Shown: positions 57,873 to 63,316 of the stretch, in pieces | Layout of the letters: each line of letters starts with the position of its first letter | How positions within the stretch are numbered: the first letter of the stretch is position 1 | Assembly (NCBI GenBank): GCA_029210695.1 | Contig: JARGFH010000016.1 | Location: forward strand, 1 to 63,316 | Direction of reading: 5' to 3' | From: Acidimicrobiia bacterium | GTDB lineage: Bacteria; Actinomycetota; Acidimicrobiia; Spongiisociales; JAHEDJ01 | Length of the DNA: 63,316 bases | Made by a program: the position numbers and the translations under genes | Notes under the pieces: model-generated | Seen by the model: only the letters and a program-made list of their open reading frames with translations | The model's database searches: none | What the model was told of the DNA's origin: nothing

Positions 57873-59431
57873 TGGTTCTCCCCGGTGAGGCGCTGAAACA
57901 AACCCATCGTACCGGCGGCGAAAACTGCCGGATCGATGTGGCTCAGAGTGGGTGAGATTGCCGGGCGGAAACCCATGTGGGCGATGACATCCGACTCCGG
58001 ATCGATGCCCTCTGCGATCTCAATCAATGTCACTGTGCCGTCGAGGAGGGCGAAGACCGCCCGTTCCGTGATGTAACGGACCTCTTGACCGCGTTCGGAC
58101 GCGGCCGGACCGCTGAAGCTGATCTCCTGAACCCGATCGACGAACCGTTGGACGGTGCCTTCGGCCGAAATCTCGATCCGGCCGTCTTCCACCTCCGCCT
58201 TCATCCCTCCGGTCGTGAGTGTTCCAACGAAGCACACCTTGCGGGCGCCTTGACTGATGTTGGGGAAACCACCCGGTCCGCGTAACCGCTCGCCAAAGGC
58301 GTGTACGTTGACGTTCCCGGCGGCGTCGACCTCAGCGAACGAAAGGCTGGCGACGTCGATTCCGCCGCCATCGTAGAAGTCGAACATGTACGGTTGGTCG
58401 ATCAACGCTTGATAGTTGAACCCGGCCCCACCGTCATTTCCGGATGCCGGGACACCACCAAAGACTCCCTGCTCAACGGTCAACACCAGCAGATCGGCGA
58501 CCTTCTCTTCCTGAGCGATTGCGCCGATGTTCTGGCTGATTCCGAACCCGAGGTTCACCACCTGACCCTTCCCGAACTCGAGAAGAGATCGTCGAGCAAT
58601 GACCTTGCGTACGTCGAGGGGTACCGGTCGCTGGTCGGAAACCTGATCCCGGCGGGCGCCTCCTGCGAAATATGGGGAGTAGTCGGTGAGATATGTCTGG
58701 GTTTGATCCGGATCGAGGAAGGCGTAGTCGACTAGCGCGCCCGGAATCTGCACGCGACGCGGAATAAGGGTCCCGCCCGGCACGATTTCCTGCGCCTGGG
58801 CGATGACTATGCCCCGCGAGTTGTGGGCCGCCATCGCCATGGGGAGCATCTCTCCATTGATGGCTTCCTTGTCGAGGGTGAGATTTCCATCCTCGTCAAT
58901 GGTGGATCCCCTGATCACCGCGACATCAATCGGAAACGAGCGGAAGAGGAGCCACTCCTCCCCCGCAAGCTCGACGACCTCGACTAGATCTTCGTAAGCC
59001 GAACCCTGTTTGCCGCCGGTCTGGCGAGGGTCGACGTATGTGTGGAGCCCGATCTTGGTCACGAGGCCGGGTCGTCCGGCGGCAATGTCGCGACACAGCT
59101 GTGATAGGACGCCTTGTGGGAACGAGTACCCCTCTATTGCCCCCGCGGCCACCAGCTCGGCGAGTCGGGGTTCGTTGCCGATATTCGATCCGATGGTGCG
59201 GCGCATGAGGCCCGGAATGGCGAGCTGTGAGAACCCGCGCTCGGCGAAATCGCCGATGCCGACCACCCTGACGGTGGTGAGGTCTCTCGGCCTACCCTCG
59301 GCGCGGTAGACGGTCTCCAATGCATCAATGAACCGCTGCGGAACTGCGTGTCCCGCTCCCGAACCGCCGACGATCACGGTGGCGCCGTCGGGAATGAGCC
59401 GGGCGGCCTCCTCGGCTGTGACGAGCTTCAA
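57869..59431 (-). CDS. Fused acyl-CoA:acetate CoA-transferase (YdiF/Pct-like)
   Basis: GLHTYVDPR, NLGFGI, LTVEQG, GNVNV, YITERAVF. Confidence 0.88.
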   Translation of the reverse strand: MKLVTAEEAARLIPDGATVIVGGSGAGHAVPQRFIDALETVYRAEGRPRDLTTVRVVGIGDFAERGFSQLAIPGLMRRTIGSNIGNEPRLAELVAAGAIEGYSFPQGVLSQLCRDIAAGRPGLVTKIGLHTYVDPRQTGGKQGSAYEDLVEVVELAGEEWLLFRSFPIDVAVIRGSTIDEDGNLTLDKEAINGEMLPMAMAAHNSRGIVIAQAQEIVPGGTLIPRRVQIPGALVDYAFLDPDQTQTYLTDYSPYFAGGARRDQVSDQRPVPLDVRKVIARRSLLEFGKGQVVNLGFGISQNIGAIAQEEKVADLLVLTVEQGVFGGVPASGNDGGAGFNYQALIDQPYMFDFYDGGGIDVASLSFAEVDAAGNVNVHAFGERLRGPGGFPNISQGARKVCFVGTLTTGGMKAEVEDGRIEISAEGTVQRFVDRVQEISFSGPAASERGQEVRYITERAVFALLDGTVTLIEIAEGIDPESDVIAHMGFRPAISPTLSHIDPAVFAAGTMGLFQRLTGENQ

Positions 59432-59444
59432 GTCGCAGTCCTGA

Positions 59445-60248
59445 TCACTGCATGAACCCGCCGCCGTTGGGGTTCAGCGCTTGCCCGTGAAACAGGGCAG
59501 CCGCGTCGGAGAGCAGAAACAGCACAGCCGCCGCCACGTCTTCAGGCTCCGGAAACCGGCGCGAAGGAAGCTCGGCGAGGCGGCGACGCCCTGATTCGGT
59601 ATCAACCAGGTCGCGGGTCATGTCGGTGATGGTGAACCCGGGGGCGACGGCATTAACCCGGATACCTTGCGGACCGAACTCCCTGGCCATCGACTTGGTC
59701 AGGCCCAGGAGTCCGGCCTTGGCCGCCGAGTAGTGGGCGAGTTCCGGCCAGCCCATTTGGCCGAGCCGCGAGGAGATCATGACGATCGAACCGCTTCCAC
59801 GTTGCACCATGCCGGGCAGCGCGGCGCGGGAGCAGTAGAACGGGCCAAACAGGTTGGTCCGCAGAACAGAATCCCATTCCTCGTCGCTCATCTCGAGGAG
59901 GGGACTCGAAGGCATGATGCCGGCGTTGTTGACGAGCCCATCGATCCTCCCGAACGAGTCTTCGACTTCGGCGATCATCCGTTTCGATTCGGAAGGGTCT
60001 GAGACATCGGCCTGGAAGGCTGCCGCGTTGCGACCCATCTCCTGGATACTCTCCACCACCGCGGCGGCCGCGTCGGCAAGCTCTCGGTAGCCGATGGCAA
60101 CGTCGGCGCCGGCGCCGGCGGCCCCCCGGGCGATAGCGGCACCGATGCCGCGACTGCTACCTGTCACCAGCACAACCTTTCCGGTCAGACTGTGAATTCC
60201 CGGCAGATGGTTGCTGGTTCGCTCGCTCACGCCTGTTGGATTGTACAA
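59445..60248 (-). CDS. Short-chain dehydrogenase/reductase (FabG-like); start uncertain
   Basis: TGSSRGIG, NNAG, YSAAKAG. Confidence 0.88.
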   Translation of the reverse strand: MYNPTGVSERTSNHLPGIHSLTGKVVLVTGSSRGIGAAIARGAAGAGADVAIGYRELADAAAAVVESIQEMGRNAAAFQADVSDPSESKRMIAEVEDSFGRIDGLVNNAGIMPSSPLLEMSDEEWDSVLRTNLFGPFYCSRAALPGMVQRGSGSIVMISSRLGQMGWPELAHYSAAKAGLLGLTKSMAREFGPQGIRVNAVAPGFTITDMTRDLVDTESGRRRLAELPSRRFPEPEDVAAAVLFLLSDAAALFHGQALNPNGGGFMQ

Positions 60249-60269
60249 GGTCCCGTCTGATCAATCCGC

Positions 60270-60530
60270 TGATCGGTCCGAAATCTGCCAGATCCGAACG
60301 TGTCCGAGCCGTCCAGTCGATATGCCCGGCGCTCGCAGGCGGTAGGAACCAGCGTCTGGTGCTTTCCCAGGATCGAGCCATCTGGTTCTATGAGAGAGGG
60401 TGTTGTACAAGTGCCGAAGGTCCCCGGAGGCTTCTCGCACCATCCCGTCACAACGTAGACCTCAGCCTCCTTTGCAGCAGCGCAGAGAGCGTCGACCTCG
60501 CGGCCCGGTATCTGCCAGGTTCTGGACTCA
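60270..60530 (-). pseudogene. Decayed nitrilase (carbon-nitrogen hydrolase) fragment
   Basis: IPGREVDALCAAAKEAEVYVV...LYNT...PDGSILGKHQTLVPT..ER across shifted frames; the catalytic Lys motif is altered. Confidence 0.65.
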
Positions 60531-60623
60531 CTCGACGCTGAGTCCTGTGGTATAAGCATCCGTGCCTGATGAGAGCGAAACCGATCGGGTGCGCGCACTA
60601 TTGGGATTTGGTCGTCACGCAGG

Positions 60624-61652
60624 CTACGTCGAAATCCTGGCCGTCGAGGCACGCTCGACGAGAGTGGGCGTGAGTCGGAGGGACTGCCCTCCCACATCAC
60701 GTTCGGCAATCAACCCCAGTGCCAGCTCGGCAGAGCGCACACCAATCATGTAGTGCGGAATGTGGATCGTGGTGAGTGGGGGGTTCAGCTTGTCCGAGAA
60801 GGGCATGTCGTTGTATCCGATCACGGAGACATCGTCCGGCACCCGCATGCCCCGCTCGCCCAGAACGTCGTAGCATCCAATTGCCAGCAAATCGTTGGCG
60901 GCCACGATCGCCGTGAACTCAATCCCTCGGTCGAGCAATTCGACGGTAGCTACAGCTCCTGGGGCTTGGTGAAACCATTCCGAGAACACGATCAACCGGG
61001 GATCTGCTTCCAAACCCTCGCTTTGCATCCAGCTGACGAAACTCTGGTAGCGCGCCAGGCCGGTTGAGATGTCTTGAGGGCCGCCGACATGAGCGATCTT
61101 CCGATGTCCGAGCGAAGCCAGATGCCGGACCGCCAACCCGATCCCGGCGTGATCGTCGCCCGATACAGAGGGCAGCCCAGAGTGATCGCTCGAGCGGTTG
61201 ACCAGCACCACCGGCAACCCGCTCTCTCCCAGCTCGGCAAGATGCGACGCCGACCGGCGGGCACTGGCCACGATCAACGCGTCGACGCGCCGGTTGAGCA
61301 TCGTTCCGAGGATTGCTACCTCTTTGTCCGTGTCGTTGTCGGTGTTGCCGAGAATGACGGTGTAGTCGGCTGCACCGAGCGTGTCCTCCACCCCCCTAAC
61401 GATCGGCGGAAACAAGGGGTTGGTGAGGTCGGGCAGAAGCATTCCCACTGTGAAGGTTTGGTTGGTTTTGAGACCCCTGGCGAGCGCGTTTGGTCGATAT
61501 CCCAGAACACGCGCGGCTTCCAGCACCCGGACGACGGTTTGATCGTTGACCAGGGTACGTGACCGTGCATTGAGCGCTCGAGAGGCCGTGGACGGATGAA
61601 CCCCGGCCTTCTCGGCCACGTCGCGCAGCGTCACAGTTTGAGCGAGAGTCAT
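60624..61652 (-). CDS. LacI-family transcriptional regulator
   Basis: TLRDVAEKAGVHPSTASRALN, YRPNALARGL, PDDVSVIGYND. Confidence 0.95.
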   Translation of the reverse strand: MTLAQTVTLRDVAEKAGVHPSTASRALNARSRTLVNDQTVVRVLEAARVLGYRPNALARGLKTNQTFTVGMLLPDLTNPLFPPIVRGVEDTLGAADYTVILGNTDNDTDKEVAILGTMLNRRVDALIVASARRSASHLAELGESGLPVVLVNRSSDHSGLPSVSGDDHAGIGLAVRHLASLGHRKIAHVGGPQDISTGLARYQSFVSWMQSEGLEADPRLIVFSEWFHQAPGAVATVELLDRGIEFTAIVAANDLLAIGCYDVLGERGMRVPDDVSVIGYNDMPFSDKLNPPLTTIHIPHYMIGVRSAELALGLIAERDVGGQSLRLTPTLVERASTARIST

Positions 61653-61756
61653 GCAAACCATTGTAGCCAGGAGAACAACCCGGAACAGACCAGATTTCCA
61701 GGCCATTCGGCGCCGCGCCGACCCCCTCCCGGCTACCTTTGTGCCAAACGATTGTT
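61652..61756. promoter_or_regulatory. Two degenerate LacI-type operators between the LacI and acyl-CoA dehydrogenase genes
   Basis: TGCAAACCATTGTA (61652-61665, abutting the LacI start) and GCCAAACGATTGTT (61743-61756). Confidence 0.62.
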
Positions 61757-61913
61757 GGGTATCCGTGCCTTTCGCTCCGCGCCTAGAGACAAGCCTGAGT
61801 TCCGATCTGAACCTGCCGCCCGCAGGCTTCTGGAGGTCACCACCTTCCGACCGCCGGCTCTGGAGCACACCAAACCGTTTGACCGGACGACCACGACCCT
61901 GAAGGAGTTGGAC

Positions 61914-63158
61914 ATGAGCATGACCTTGGAAACGCTGGATCTTTCAATGGAACAGCGACTCATGCAGCAGACGAGCCGCGACTACGTCGATCGGATCGTG
62001 ATTCCGTTCATTCGCGGCAACCGGGAGCGCGAGTGGCTCTTCGATCCGGAGGCGAGGCTCCCGAAGGAGATCCTCGAAGAAGCAGACGCGGCCGGACTCC
62101 GCTCCCTGGGCGTTCCGGCTAGGTACGGAGGTGTCGACCTCGAAGCCGGTACGGAGGCACAGACGTTCGCTCTCATCGCCACGGAGATCGGGCGAGGAGA
62201 TGCAGGCCTGGCCGACAAACTAGCTCAGAACTGGAAGGTCTCGGTTTTGCTGCGGAACATCGCTCCCGAACACCTTCAAGACGAGTGGTTCCCCCGCTAC
62301 ATGGACGATCCGGCGTTCCTCATGGCCCACTGCCTGACGGAGCCAAAAGGCGCATCCGATCGCTGGCTGCCGTACAACGTGCCTGAAGCGAACATGGATA
62401 CACGGGCAACACTCGAGGATGGTTCCTGGACCATCAACGGCCGCAAGCACTACATCAGCAACGGGTACGACGCATCGCTCTACGTCGTGTACGCCAACAC
62501 CAACCCGACCGTCGGCATGCAGCAGGGCACGAGCAGCTTCCTCGTGCCGAGGGATACGCCGGGGTTGATCGTGACTCGCTGCAACGAGACGATCGGTGGC
62601 CGCTACATGAACAACGGGGAGATCGTCTTCGAGGATTGCCGGGTGCCGGAGGATCACCTGCTCGTCCGCGACGACGCCCTCGGCAAGGCCGGCGTGTACT
62701 TCCGGCCCGGCAAGATCCTGCAGGCTGCCAAGAACCTCGGTACAGGCGTTGCCGCGTTCGAGGACACCGCCACCTTCGTTCAACAACATGTCCAGGGTGG
62801 GAAGGTCCTCATCAAGCACCAGGCCGTTGCCGTCAGGCTCGCCCAGATGGCAATCAAATTGGATGCCGTCAAGGCGCTGCTTCGGCATGCGGCGCGAGCG
62901 GTCGATCTGAGTACACCGGACGCCGACCGACTCTGCAACGAGGTAAAGGTGTTTGCCTCGGAAGAAGTCTTCGAGGTGTGCAAGCAAGCTCTGGAGATCC
63001 ACGGTGGTCATGGAGCGATGATCGAACTCGGCATCGAGAAGTACTTCCGCGACGCGGCGGTCTTCCTGCACATGGATGCCACCGTTGACGTTTCGGCCTT
63101 CAAGATCATCAAGATGATGTTTCCAGAAACGGCAGGAGCCTACGCGGGCCCCGAATGA
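61914..63158 (+). CDS. Acyl-CoA dehydrogenase family protein
   Basis: CLTEP.GASD, NGRKHYISNG, EIHGGHG, EKYFRDA. Confidence 0.92.
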   Translation: MSMTLETLDLSMEQRLMQQTSRDYVDRIVIPFIRGNREREWLFDPEARLPKEILEEADAAGLRSLGVPARYGGVDLEAGTEAQTFALIATEIGRGDAGLADKLAQNWKVSVLLRNIAPEHLQDEWFPRYMDDPAFLMAHCLTEPKGASDRWLPYNVPEANMDTRATLEDGSWTINGRKHYISNGYDASLYVVYANTNPTVGMQQGTSSFLVPRDTPGLIVTRCNETIGGRYMNNGEIVFEDCRVPEDHLLVRDDALGKAGVYFRPGKILQAAKNLGTGVAAFEDTATFVQQHVQGGKVLIKHQAVAVRLAQMAIKLDAVKALLRHAARAVDLSTPDADRLCNEVKVFASEEVFEVCKQALEIHGGHGAMIELGIEKYFRDAAVFLHMDATVDVSAFKIIKMMFPETAGAYAGPE

Positions 63159-63177
63159 GGGTCGCCGACGAAATCTA

Positions 63178-63229
63178 CGTTCTGGCGTCAGAAACCCGCC
63201 AGAATTGCGCGCTTTCTGACGCCAGAACG
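63178..63229. repeat. 17-bp perfect inverted repeat (terminator or REP-like)
   Basis: CGTTCTGGCGTCAGAAA...TTTCTGACGCCAGAACG. Confidence 0.75.
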
Positions 63230-63239
63230 GGAGTTTTCG

Positions 63240-63316
63240 GGCTCATCGGATTTCAGCGGGGTGTGATGGTGGCGAGTAGATTCCAGTTGGGTTTTCCGGC
63301 GTAGAGGAGGGCTCTG
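63240..63316 (-). mobile_element. End of an ISL3-family element (transposase C-terminus; continues beyond the window)
   Basis: GGCTCATCGGATTTC end; reading frame RALLYAGKPNWNLLATITPR-stop. Confidence 0.7.

Noticed and set aside
61596..61913. Long N-terminal extensions of the acyl-CoA DH and LacI ORFs
   Set aside because: They would overlap head-to-head across the operator-containing intergenic region; better starts are 61914 and 61652.

Overview
GC-rich bacterial window, most consistent with an Actinomycetota (probably Acidimicrobiia-like) genome. This is an inference from the F420-type LLM enzyme, the Thr-rich-linker lipoproteins and the gene styles. Left third (1-19 kb): a mosaic of housekeeping and accessory DNA. 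It holds nfeD, a response regulator, a CNNM/CBS protein, tRNA-Pro(CGG) with an integrase scar and an IS481 element, a putative copper/redox module (DUF2892, thioredoxin, ECF sigma fused to a zinc finger, a membrane-anchored protein with five cupredoxin domains, two lipoproteins), gene remnants, ltrA, an IS1111-type IS110 element whose 3' non-coding region contains visible guide-like matches to its own ends and flank, and a TerC gene under a yybP-ykoY riboswitch. Right two-thirds (about 19.1-63.2 kb): a large catabolic island that appears to be one LacI regulon, with a TGCAAWCGWTTGC-like operator recurring at seven intergenic or start-proximal sites. It encodes two ABC importers (one with a Cys-rich Zn-finger-like insert in its ATPase), Thermotoga-type IolN/IolO, KdgK/Eda, a transaldolase, an AOR-family oxidoreductase, a GH88-like/SDR/OYE trio and a shikimate-DH/CoA-transferase/enoyl-CoA hydratase/acyl-CoA DH module. 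An ISL3 end is at the far right. All family calls come from motif recognition by eye; no database searches were run.
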